Both the position numbers and the translations under genes were made by a program. The notes under the pieces were generated by a model. The model ran no database searches. It saw nothing but the letters and a program-made list of their open reading frames with translations, and was not told the DNA's origin. This document shows positions 1 through 7,727 of a stretch of DNA of 15,206 nt, piece by piece. The stretch is from Thermofilaceae archaeon (GTDB lineage: Archaea > Thermoproteota > Thermoprotei > Thermofilales > Thermofilaceae), in assembly GCA_038727095.1 (NCBI GenBank), contig JAVYWK010000036.1, positions 1-15,206 of the forward strand. The letters run 5' to 3'. Every line of letters begins with the position of its first letter. Position 1 is the stretch's first letter.

Positions 1-1031
1 TCGCGGCAGCTCCGGCGGGCGCGCTCATGGCGAAGCATGGGGTGAGGAGGACGCTGCTTATCGGCTTCCTCGTCTTCGCTCTGTCAGCGTTCACCTACGC
101 CATCGCCAGCCATTGGCTGATGCTCATCCCAGCTTCCCTCCTCTCCTTCATCGCTCCGTCCCTCATCTTCCCGATCTCGGACATCGTCATCGTTGGTGTC
201 ACGGGGCAGGGCTCGAGAGCCACAGCGATGGGCTTGTCCCGCGTCGCGTGGAACGCCTTCAGCGTTCTCGCACCACCCGTCGCAACAGCGATCGTCGTTG
301 CGTTCGGGGGGTTGACGGTCGAGGGTATTCGCCCGATCTTCCTCGTCCAGCTCGCAGCCGCTTTAATCGCCACGTTCATGATCGCCACACACATGGAGAA
401 CCTGAGGCTCCCGGAGGCACGCAGCGAGGAAGGGCGAAAGTCAAGCCTCTGGCGGAGCCTGAGGTGGCTATTCACTAAGCGCAAAGCGCTGGCCTGGTTC
501 GTCGCGATGTCGGCTCAACGCTTCGGAATGGGGGTTTCGATGGCCTTCCTCCCCCTCTGGATCGTAGAGGTGAGGGGGGCGGACCCCTACGTCATTGGCG
601 CCATGAATACGGCTGGCATAGCAGCGCTCCTCCTGCTCTCCCTGCCGGCCGGAGCCCTCTCCGACCGGTACGGCTACCTGAGGATCTACGCAGCCCTCCG
701 AACCCTCCTGTACGCTGGCACCCTCCTCGCACTCCTCGTCCCCCGCCGAGAGGCTCTCGTAGCTGCTGGCGGCTTAGGAATCGTCGGGCTCATGTACGGG
801 GCTGGCTTCGCGAGCTTCATCCCGTTCATCACCGCGTTCTGGGAAACCCCGCCCCCGGAGCTCAGGGCGGCGTGGTTCACCGCATCGAGCATCATCGGCG
901 GCCTCGTCGCCGCCGTAGCCCCCCTCATCGGTGGAGCCCTCTGGATGGCGGGCTTCAGGGATCAACTGCTCCTCCTCTCCCTGGCCGTCGACGTCGCTGG
1001 GCTCACAGTCGTCCTGCTCGGCTGCCGCTAG
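1..1031 (+). CDS. MFS transporter, 5'-truncated by the window edge
   Basis: The frame is open from base 3 (AAAPAGAL-MAKHGVRR), so the ATG at 27 is probably internal. There are many hydrophobic TM segments and MFS motif-A-like loops GALMAKHGVRR and GALSDRYGYLR, with a central hydrophilic loop. TAG at 1029-1031. Confidence 0.9.
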   Translation, partial: AAAPAGALMAKHGVRRTLLIGFLVFALSAFTYAIASHWLMLIPASLLSFIAPSLIFPISDIVIVGVTGQGSRATAMGLSRVAWNAFSVLAPPVATAIVVAFGGLTVEGIRPIFLVQLAAALIATFMIATHMENLRLPEARSEEGRKSSLWRSLRWLFTKRKALAWFVAMSAQRFGMGVSMAFLPLWIVEVRGADPYVIGAMNTAGIAALLLLSLPAGALSDRYGYLRIYAALRTLLYAGTLLALLVPRREALVAAGGLGIVGLMYGAGFASFIPFITAFWETPPPELRAAWFTASSIIGGLVAAVAPLIGGALWMAGFRDQLLLLSLAVDVAGLTVVLLGCR

Positions 1032-2017
1032 TAGGGGAATAGGGGGAGCTTCACCGGCCTCCCCTCCTCAGCCGACTTGTCGGCGGCCAGCGTCACCTCC
1101 AGCGTCCTCACCCCCTCGATGTACGGGACGTCGGTTTCGCGGCCCAGCTTGACGCAGTCGATGAAGTGCCGATCCTCCTCGAAGTAGGGGTCAACTGTCG
1201 CGCTAATGACGCTCCTCTCCTCGCCCCGCGCGACGATTACGTCGCCGCCCGAGCCGATGAGCTCCAGGTTCCTAGCGATCAAGCGGAAGTTCACGTCCAT
1301 TCCGGCCGGCTGCGCGGCGCACGTGCTGGTTACGGAGCCGATCGCGCCCGACTTGAAGCGCATGATAACGGCTGACGCGGCCTCGATGTTGAAGTTGGGC
1401 AGGTCGCGCAGCGACCTCGTCTCGAAGTACGCTGAAACCTCCTCAACCTCGCTGCCCACCAGCCAGCGCCCCAGATCGACGAGGTGGGTCGACTGCTCAA
1501 CCAGCTGGCCCCCGCTCAGCTCCCTACGCCTCCACCAGTGGTCGGGGCCCCCCGCCACGCCGCCGATCCACCATGCCTCGTACAGAATGACGTCACCGCC
1601 CATCTCGCGGAGCAGCTGCCTCGCAGCCCTCATCGAGTCGAGGAAGCGCCTCGTGTAACCGACGAGCGTGATAACGCCCGCCCTCTCCACCGCCCTCAGG
1701 ATCTCTACGGCCCTCTCGAGGGTGAGCGCGACGGGTTTCTCAACGAAGAAGTGCACACCGCGCTCGGCGCAGAGGATCTCCTGGTCGGTGTGCGCGTAGG
1801 GCGGTATGCAGATGAAGACCGCGTCCAGCTTCTCCCTCTCGAGCATCTGCCTGTAATCGGCGTACGCTCTCCCACCGTACCTCTCAGCAAAGCTTTGCGC
1901 CCTGCTCGGCACAGCATCTGAGAAAGCAACGAGCTCGACGTCCTCCATCTTAACGAGCCTATCGGCGTGCACTTGCGCAATCCCGCCGCAGCCGATGAAG
2001 CCTACCCTAACTCTCAC
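1028..2017 (-). CDS. Gfo/Idh/MocA family NAD(P)-dependent oxidoreductase (sugar/inositol dehydrogenase-like)
   Basis: Rossmann motif VGFIGCGGIA, family motif HFFVEKPVA, VGYTRRF, and SGGQLVEQSTHLVDL with catalytic His. GTG start lies 21 nt after a TTTTTA box. Confidence 0.93.
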   Translation of the reverse strand: MRVRVGFIGCGGIAQVHADRLVKMEDVELVAFSDAVPSRAQSFAERYGGRAYADYRQMLEREKLDAVFICIPPYAHTDQEILCAERGVHFFVEKPVALTLERAVEILRAVERAGVITLVGYTRRFLDSMRAARQLLREMGGDVILYEAWWIGGVAGGPDHWWRRRELSGGQLVEQSTHLVDLGRWLVGSEVEEVSAYFETRSLRDLPNFNIEAASAVIMRFKSGAIGSVTSTCAAQPAGMDVNFRLIARNLELIGSGGDVIVARGEERSVISATVDPYFEEDRHFIDCVKLGRETDVPYIEGVRTLEVTLAADKSAEEGRPVKLPLFPY

Positions 2018-2037
2018 AAAAAGGACAATGTGATTGA

Positions 2038-2051
2038 GTAAAAATCGTTAA
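2038..2051 (-). promoter_or_regulatory. Archaeal promoter (TATA box TTTTTAC plus upstream element) of the Gfo/Idh/MocA gene
   Basis: Minus strand reads TTAACGATTTTTAC, with TTTTTA 21 nt before GTG 2017. It matches the element at 3085-3098 at 13 of 14 positions. Confidence 0.7.
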
Positions 2052-2055
2052 CGGA

Positions 2056-3063
2056 CTACGGCAGGCTTACCTCGCTCAACCCCGTTTCGCAGCAGAGGCG
2101 CTCCAAGATTCTCTCGCGAGAGCCCACCTCGAACACCAGCTCGTACTCGGCCACTGAAACCCTACGGCCGCCCACTTCGACCGCCGGCCGGAAGTGGAGC
2201 TCGATCTCGCCGAACCTCTCCGGCCCACCCTCGGGACCCGAGTTGTAGCTCTGCACGCAACCCTTCGGGCCGGCCGGGTCGGCCTTGGCTGGGTCGAGGC
2301 ACTCCTCCTGCCCTCTCGGAGCATCGTGCGTCCTCATCAGCAGCAGAGCCCACACCCCGCCCTCCCTCTCGGCTACGTGAGCTATCGCGGCGGAGCCCTC
2401 GAACGGCAGATCCTCCGGCCTCACGCCCAGCTTGCAGACGCGCGCGCCATCGATCTTGAAGGAGACGTGATCCCTCGCTACGACCAAGCGCTCGGACGGT
2501 ATCGGGCCGAAGTAGTGGACGGGTTGCGCGCCCCCCTTCACTGGTACGACGGCTGCCCCCCTCAAGCCGGGCTCCACTTGGGCGAGCGCCCAGAGGTTGA
2601 AGTCGCCCGGGTAGCTGGCCAGCACTGCATCCCTCACCAGCAGCCTATCAGGAGCGGCGAGCTTGAACTCCCTCCTCACCTTCGCGTGAAGCCTCCAACC
2701 CTTGAAGCGGTCCGTGGCCTCCATCACACCCTCAAGCACGACCCTATCCGGGCCGGCGTAGGTGATCCTGAAGCTGCCGGGATCCAGGCTGACGGGGCAG
2801 AACCACCCCTCGAACTTCTCCGGGTCCTCGTAGAAGAAGGCCCGCTCGGGGGAGAACCAGAGGCGGAGCCCGCCAACGTTCCAACTGCCCTTCTCGAGGA
2901 CCAGTTGAAGGTCAGGGTTTGCCCAGAGCAGGTTGACCCCATTCACGTAGAGGCCTAGAATCCTCGCGCCGCGCTCCACCATAAGCGCCCTAGTTCCACC
3001 CTTCTCTAGTAGGGCAGCCGCGGTATACCGGGATACGATACTCTTCAACTCCTCTAGTTTCAT
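2056..3063 (-). CDS. Conserved hypothetical protein, DUF6786-like (possible galactose-mutarotase-like beta-sandwich)
   Basis: Motifs GARILG, WNVGGLRLWFSPE, NLWALAQV and VQSYNSGP...FGEIELH resemble DUF6786 proteins as I recall them. Start moved from 3153 to ATG 3063 (MKLEELK), because 3153 overlaps the divergent gene and a TATA box lies 22 nt upstream of 3063. Confidence 0.6.
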   Translation of the reverse strand: MKLEELKSIVSRYTAAALLEKGGTRALMVERGARILGLYVNGVNLLWANPDLQLVLEKGSWNVGGLRLWFSPERAFFYEDPEKFEGWFCPVSLDPGSFRITYAGPDRVVLEGVMEATDRFKGWRLHAKVRREFKLAAPDRLLVRDAVLASYPGDFNLWALAQVEPGLRGAAVVPVKGGAQPVHYFGPIPSERLVVARDHVSFKIDGARVCKLGVRPEDLPFEGSAAIAHVAEREGGVWALLLMRTHDAPRGQEECLDPAKADPAGPKGCVQSYNSGPEGGPERFGEIELHFRPAVEVGGRRVSVAEYELVFEVGSRERILERLCCETGLSEVSLP

Positions 3064-3084
3064 CAAGCGCAAAAACCCCGGCTC

Positions 3085-3098
3085 GTAAAAATAGTTAA
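3085..3098 (-). promoter_or_regulatory. Archaeal promoter of the DUF6786-like gene, within a divergent promoter region
   Basis: Minus strand reads TTAACTATTTTTAC, with TTTTTA 22 nt before ATG 3063. Confidence 0.7.
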
Positions 3099-3128
3099 TC
3101 ACATATAGTGCGTACTGGAATCTTGCAC

Positions 3129-4094
3129 GTGAGAGTTGAGAAGGTTTTCGCACGCTGGGGTGCGCTGGAGGCCTCCGTCCTTGTCTGCTACGGCGACGAG
3201 CTCGTGCTAGGCCTCTGGCCGGCTGGCCTCTTCGCCTACAACGGCAGCGAGTGGCGGCAGATCTACGAGCCGAAGGAGGTCGGCTTCTCAGCCTGGAGCT
3301 ACGATATTTTCAGGGGTCGGCTCTACGTGGGCGCGGGGACCTACGGCAGCGGCCTCGTCCTCGAGTATGACGGCAGCGAGGTGAGGGAAGCGCTCAGGGT
3401 GCGCGACGGGGCGGGCGGCGGTGGCGGTCTCTTCGAGGCCGTGAGCGTTGCCGGCGGCACCCTATACGCCGGGAGGAGGAACGAGGTTTGGTCGACGGGG
3501 ACGGGTGAGCAGTGGAGCAAAGCCTTCGAGTTCAAGACGGGTAAGGGCGTGTACCTGATCGGCGAGCAGGGGGGCACCCTATACATCTTCGAGGGCGAAC
3601 CCATCAGGCCCCCCAGCAGGGTTTACGCAATATCCGGTGCCTCCAGCGTGGAAAGGGTTTTCAGCGAGATCGGAGCCTTCCGGTCTCACACGCCGGGGTC
3701 GAGGAGCTCGTACAGGGGCTACCTAGTCGTAGCCGACTTCGACGGTAGAGTCTACTTCTTCAGGAACTTCGAGCTCTGGGAGGCCTACAGCTTCGCGAAC
3801 CGGTACGAGATAAGGGGGAACATCGCGATCAGGCCGAAGAAGATCGGCGACCTCCTCTTCCTCGCCTCAGGCACGGGTACCGGGGTTCCCGAAACCCACG
3901 GGGAGCTCGTCGTTTACAACGGCAGCGAGTGGCGGCGCCTGCTGACGCTCCCCCTCAACATCCACGACGTTGAGATCTTTGGCGAGAGCATATACCTGGC
4001 CTGCAACTCGCCCGCCCTACCCCTGAAGCACGGCTATAGCACGTCCTACTGCTGCGTGCTGAAGCTACCGATCGACGCGCTTGGGCCGCTCTAG
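3129..4094 (+). CDS. Hypothetical protein, predicted beta-propeller
   Basis: Recurring blade-like motifs (GRLYVG, GTLYAG, GTLYIF, GDLLFLA, ESIYLA; YNGSEWR twice, YDGSEVR). No signal peptide is evident. Start probably GTG 3129, 21 nt after CATATA at 3102-3107; the ORF track gives 3108. Confidence 0.7.
   Translation: MRVEKVFARWGALEASVLVCYGDELVLGLWPAGLFAYNGSEWRQIYEPKEVGFSAWSYDIFRGRLYVGAGTYGSGLVLEYDGSEVREALRVRDGAGGGGGLFEAVSVAGGTLYAGRRNEVWSTGTGEQWSKAFEFKTGKGVYLIGEQGGTLYIFEGEPIRPPSRVYAISGASSVERVFSEIGAFRSHTPGSRSSYRGYLVVADFDGRVYFFRNFELWEAYSFANRYEIRGNIAIRPKKIGDLLFLASGTGTGVPETHGELVVYNGSEWRRLLTLPLNIHDVEIFGESIYLACNSPALPLKHGYSTSYCCVLKLPIDALGPL
3237..3258 (+). repeat. 22-bp exact direct repeat, copy 1 (TACAACGGCAGCGAGTGGCGGC)
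   Basis: Identical to 3915-3936 and encodes YNGSEWR. A degenerate copy lies at 3366-3380. Confidence 0.9.
3915..3936 (+). repeat. 22-bp exact direct repeat, copy 2
   Basis: Identical to 3237-3258 and in the same reading frame (offset 678 nt = 226 codons). Confidence 0.9.
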
Positions 4095-4113
4095 TACAAT
4101 GGTTTGAAGCGGT

Positions 4114-4133
4114 AAACTTTTATCTAAAAGCTT
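4114..4133 (+). promoter_or_regulatory. TATA box of tldDE inside an inverted repeat (CTTTTA-TC-TAAAAG)
   Basis: Sequence AAACTTTTATCTAAAAGCTT; CTTTTA ends 23 nt before ATG 4146. Confidence 0.65.
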
Positions 4134-4145
4134 GAAAGGAGCGGG

Positions 4146-5579
4146 ATGCACGAAGACCTTCTGCAGAGGGCCGTCGACCTGTCCCTTCAGCTCGGGGCGA
4201 GTTACGCTGAAGCCCGCTGGCACCGCCACTCCGGTGCTTCCCTCGTCGTGCGGAACGGGGAGATGATCGGCTACGGTGAGTCGATCGAGGAGGGTGTTGG
4301 AGTGAGAGTTCTCGTCAACGGAGCTCTTGGGTTCTCCGCGACCAGCACCCTCACGTGGGATAGCGTGAGGGAGGCGGTTGAGCAGGCCGTTAAGCTGGCC
4401 CGATCCCACAGCAGGTTCATGAAAAGGCCGATCGGGTTCGCGGAGGCCCGGATGGGGAGGGCCCGCTACGAGGCCATAGCCGTCAAGCCCTTCGACTCGC
4501 TGGACATCAACGGCAAGCTGGCGGTTCTCGTCGAGCCGTGGGAGAGAGTGAAGGGTACGGTAAAGGAGGCGAGGGTCATGACCATGATGACGAGGTACTC
4601 TGAAGATGTGGAGGAGAAGACGATCATCAACTCCGACGGAGCCTTCGTCGTGAGCAAAGTCCCGCGCTTGACGGTCGGCTACAACTTCGTCCTCCTTCAC
4701 CCGCAGAAGGGGACGATCCAGCGGAGCGAGACCTTCGGCGGGAGCGGGGGTCTCGAGCAGCTCGAGCGCTGGAAGATCCCGGAGAGCGCGGAGGAGGAGG
4801 CCCGCAACCTCGAGAACGTTCTGCTTAACGGCGTTGAGCCGCCCAAGGGCCCCGTCGACGTGATCGTGGGGAGCGAGATCGTAGGGCTCATCGTGCACGA
4901 GAGCTGCGGCCACCCCAGCGAGGCCGACAGGATCTGGGGTAGGGAGGCGGCGCAAGCCGGGATGAGCTTCATCAAGCCGGGCATGCTCGGGGAAAGGATC
5001 GGGGGCAAGTACGCGACGGTGATCGACGACCCCACGATACCGGGAAGCTACGGCTTCTACCTGTACGACGACGAGGGGGTCCCAGCCAGGGCCCGCTACC
5101 TCTACAAAGAGGGGGTCATCAACGAGCACCTGCACAACCGCTGGACGGCCAGCCTCTGGGGTACCGCCAGCAACGCGGCTGCGAGGGCGATGGACCACAA
5201 CAGCGAGCCGATCATCAGGATGGCGAATACTTACCTGGCGCCGGGCGACCACACCTTCGAGGAGCTGCTGGAGGGCGTGAAGCTCGGCGTCTACATGAAG
5301 AGCTACATGGAGTGGAACATCGACGACATCAGGTGGGGGCAGCGTTACGTCGGCCTCGAGTGCTACCTGGTCGAGAACGGCGAGCTCACGAAGCCCGTCC
5401 GGAACCCAGTCCTCGAGGTGACGACGAAGAGCTTCTACAGCAGCATCGACGCTGCCGGCAGAGAGGTGCGCTACGAGCCCGGCACGTGCGGCAAAGGCGA
5501 GCCGAGCCAGGGGGTGCCCGTGTGGTTCGGCGGGCCGGACGTTAGGTTAAGGAGCATCCCGCTGGGGGTGGTTGCGTGA
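4146..5579 (+). CDS. tldD: TldD metalloprotease, catalytic subunit (TldD/PmbA family)
   Basis: HExxxH motif VHESCGHPSEAD, DDPT...YDDEGV, IRMANTY, and C-terminal CGKGEPSQGVPVWFGGP carrying the metal-ligand Cys. Confidence 0.95.
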   Translation: MHEDLLQRAVDLSLQLGASYAEARWHRHSGASLVVRNGEMIGYGESIEEGVGVRVLVNGALGFSATSTLTWDSVREAVEQAVKLARSHSRFMKRPIGFAEARMGRARYEAIAVKPFDSLDINGKLAVLVEPWERVKGTVKEARVMTMMTRYSEDVEEKTIINSDGAFVVSKVPRLTVGYNFVLLHPQKGTIQRSETFGGSGGLEQLERWKIPESAEEEARNLENVLLNGVEPPKGPVDVIVGSEIVGLIVHESCGHPSEADRIWGREAAQAGMSFIKPGMLGERIGGKYATVIDDPTIPGSYGFYLYDDEGVPARARYLYKEGVINEHLHNRWTASLWGTASNAAARAMDHNSEPIIRMANTYLAPGDHTFEELLEGVKLGVYMKSYMEWNIDDIRWGQRYVGLECYLVENGELTKPVRNPVLEVTTKSFYSSIDAAGREVRYEPGTCGKGEPSQGVPVWFGGPDVRLRSIPLGVVA

Positions 5580-6916
5580 TGCAGCAGGTTCCCGTGTCGG
5601 AGTTTGCTGAGAAGCTCGTCCGTGAGGCTCTGAAGAGGGGGTTTGAGGAGGCGGCCGCCATCGCCTCGAGGCAGAGGAGCACGATGGTGAAGTTCGCGAA
5701 CAGCGAGGTCAGCGTGGTGCAGAGGTGGGACTCCCTCACCGTGGGGCTGTACCTGACCAAGGAGGGCAAGATCCTGCTGACGGAGATCCACCCGACCGGT
5801 TTCGAGCAGGCCAGCGCCCTGATAGATAGAGCCCTCGCAGCTTTACCGCAGGTGAGGCCCAGCTTCCTGTACGCGCCGCTCCCCGAGCCGGAGACCCCTG
5901 AGCCGCTCCCGGGGCTCGTCGACAAGGCCATCATCGAAGCGATGCACGACCCTTCATCGCTGGCGGAGGCTATGCTCGCAGGCGCAACCGGCGCCGAGAG
6001 GGTTGCGGGCGCGCTGACCCTCTTCCACGGTCAGCGTGGCGTCGCTACGTCCAAGGGGGCGAGGCTCGAGGAAGAGGCAACGGGTTTGGAGGCCTACCTG
6101 CGCGCCTTCATAGGCGAGGCCTCGGGGCAGTGGGCTCACGGGAGCCGCAGGCTCTCGAAGGAGGCCGTTGAGCGGATGGCGCGGACCGCGGTGCAGCTGG
6201 CTGAGATGGCTAAGGGGAGGGCTGCTGACGTCGAGCCCGGCACCTACGACGTGATCCTCTCACCGATGGTTGTTGGCAACCTGATGAACCTGGTCGGCAT
6301 GATGGCGAGCGGGATGGCCGTGCTCATGGGCATGTCGATCTTCGCGAGGACTGAGCCCGGATCGAAGGTTGCATCGGAAAAGTTCTCCATCTACGACGAC
6401 CCGAGGAACCCGGAGCTTCTCGGCTCAACTTCCTTCGACGACGAGGGGTTACCGACGAGGAGCAAGCCGATAATCGAGGCTGGGGCTTTGAGAACCCTCC
6501 TCCACAACTCGAAGACTGCCGCGAAGTTCGGCGCCAAGTCCACCGGTAACGCAGGGTTGATGTTCCCGCACTCTTGGACGCTGCGAGTCGCACCGGGCGA
6601 TGCGAAGCTGGAGGAGATGATCGCGGAGGTGAAGAGGGGCTTGATGATAACGAACAACTGGTACACGCGGCTACAGAACTACGTTGAAGGCATCTTCTCC
6701 ACCATCGCGAGGGACGCCGCATTCTACATCGAGAACGGCGAGATCAAGCACCCCGTAGCACGCGTAAGGATCGCCGATAGGCTCCCCAAGCTGCTCTCAA
6801 ACATCGAACTGCTGGGAAGAGACCTCTACGACATCAGCTGGTGGGAAGTCAGCCCAGCCGTCCGTGCCCCCTACGTACTGGCAAGGAACATAGGAGTTTC
6901 GAGACCTTTCGTGTGA
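5576..6916 (+). CDS. tldE: TldE/PmbA, non-catalytic subunit
   Basis: VKFANSEV, PGTYDVILSP, FDDEGLPT, STGNAG and NNWYTR motifs; no HExxxH. It overlaps the tldD stop (GTGATG), implying translational coupling. Start is either GTG 5576 or ATG 5579. Confidence 0.92.
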   Translation: MMQQVPVSEFAEKLVREALKRGFEEAAAIASRQRSTMVKFANSEVSVVQRWDSLTVGLYLTKEGKILLTEIHPTGFEQASALIDRALAALPQVRPSFLYAPLPEPETPEPLPGLVDKAIIEAMHDPSSLAEAMLAGATGAERVAGALTLFHGQRGVATSKGARLEEEATGLEAYLRAFIGEASGQWAHGSRRLSKEAVERMARTAVQLAEMAKGRAADVEPGTYDVILSPMVVGNLMNLVGMMASGMAVLMGMSIFARTEPGSKVASEKFSIYDDPRNPELLGSTSFDDEGLPTRSKPIIEAGALRTLLHNSKTAAKFGAKSTGNAGLMFPHSWTLRVAPGDAKLEEMIAEVKRGLMITNNWYTRLQNYVEGIFSTIARDAAFYIENGEIKHPVARVRIADRLPKLLSNIELLGRDLYDISWWEVSPAVRAPYVLARNIGVSRPFV

Positions 6917-6942
6917 AAAAAAAAAAAAAATACCTCTTTTTT
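6916..6942. terminator. Putative bidirectional oligo-T terminator between convergent genes
   Basis: A15 at 6916-6930 (T15 on the minus strand, downstream of the MBL gene) and T6 at 6937-6942 (plus strand, downstream of tldE). Archaeal intrinsic termination uses U tracts. Confidence 0.6.
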
Positions 6943-6949
6943 CCTATAA

Positions 6950-7690
6950 TTATACGTCCTCGTCCAGGTAGCACTTGATACCTTTGATCCATTCCAAGGC
7001 TTTCTGCACGTTGTCCCTTCCCTTTATGATGGCACCGTGCTGCGGCACGATCACCTCGATTTCAAGGTTCTCGACTCTCCTCAACCACCTTTGAACGGCG
7101 CGGTTGGATGCCAGGTACCTTTTGTGGAACTGCACCATGTACTGCACGTGCGAGTCAAAGTCGTTCACGAAGTCGTAGTTTACCCCGCTCGGGAATAGGG
7201 AGGCGAAGAGGTCCCCGCTGTAGAGGATCTTGAGGCAGGGATCGTAGATCTGGAAGTTGCCGGGCGAGTGCAGGTAGTGGGCCGGGATCAGCTGGAGCGT
7301 GCACCCCCCCAGCCGGATGGTGCCCCCCTCGTCCGGGATGCCATCAACCCTACCCTCTAAGTCCACGCTCTGGTGGAAGGAGTGCGGAAGGAAGCGTAGC
7401 CAGAGCTGCGGTAGCAGGATCTTCGCGTTCTCGAGCGCCGTGTACCAAACCGCAGCCGCCCCTAGGATGTCTGGATCCTGGTGGGAGAAGAAGAGGTACT
7501 TGACACGTGGCGGTGGCACAAACCGCGACATCTCGGCGATCAAACGGTTGAAAACCACCCTACCGCCGGGGTCGGCTAGCAGCCCCTCACCCAAGTCAAC
7601 TATCAGGAACTGGTTGGCTTGAACGTACCCTGGGGGTGTGAGGCCCCGGAAAACAACGGCCTTGTGATCGCCCTTCTCGAAGACTATCAT
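6950..7690 (-). CDS. Stand-alone MBL-fold di-iron protein, ODP (oxygen-binding di-iron protein)/FprA N-terminal-like
   Basis: Motifs VQANQFLI, DPGG, SHQDPD, PAHYLHSPGNFQIYD, LYSGDLF and IVPQHG. Length is 246 aa with no flavodoxin domain. Confidence 0.85.
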   Translation of the reverse strand: MIVFEKGDHKAVVFRGLTPPGYVQANQFLIVDLGEGLLADPGGRVVFNRLIAEMSRFVPPPRVKYLFFSHQDPDILGAAAVWYTALENAKILLPQLWLRFLPHSFHQSVDLEGRVDGIPDEGGTIRLGGCTLQLIPAHYLHSPGNFQIYDPCLKILYSGDLFASLFPSGVNYDFVNDFDSHVQYMVQFHKRYLASNRAVQRWLRRVENLEIEVIVPQHGAIIKGRDNVQKALEWIKGIKCYLDEDV

Positions 7691-7712
7691 GGTTTGCTCT
7701 CCCAGGAAACCC

Positions 7713-7727
7713 CTAAAAACATTTTAG
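7713..7727 (-). promoter_or_regulatory. Promoter of the ODP-like gene with palindrome CTAAAA-N3-TTTTAG
   Basis: Minus strand reads CTAAAATGTTTTTAG, with TTTTTA 23 nt before ATG 7690. Confidence 0.65.

Noticed and set aside
3064-3153. N-terminal extension of the 365-aa ORF
   Set aside because: It spans the AT-rich divergent promoter and overlaps the opposite gene. ATG 3063 fits the promoter spacing.
3237-3936. The 22-bp repeats as a CRISPR array or mobile-element/att ends
   Set aside because: There are only two exact copies, 678 bp apart, in frame inside one gene, with no cas, integrase or transposase present.
4065-5252. 395-aa antisense ORF opposite tldD
   Set aside because: It is a shadow ORF typical of high GC3 coding sequence, has no recognisable motifs, and almost entirely overlaps a well-supported gene.
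4146-6916. TldDE as part of a RiPP/microcin cluster
   Set aside because: No precursor peptide, YcaO, radical SAM enzyme or exporter lies nearby, and tldDE pairs are common housekeeping genes in archaea.
6650-7200. Somewhat lower GC around the tldE and ODP 3' ends as a sign of horizontal transfer
   Set aside because: The dip is modest by eye, affects both genes' ends and has no mobility signatures. A codon-usage analysis would be needed.
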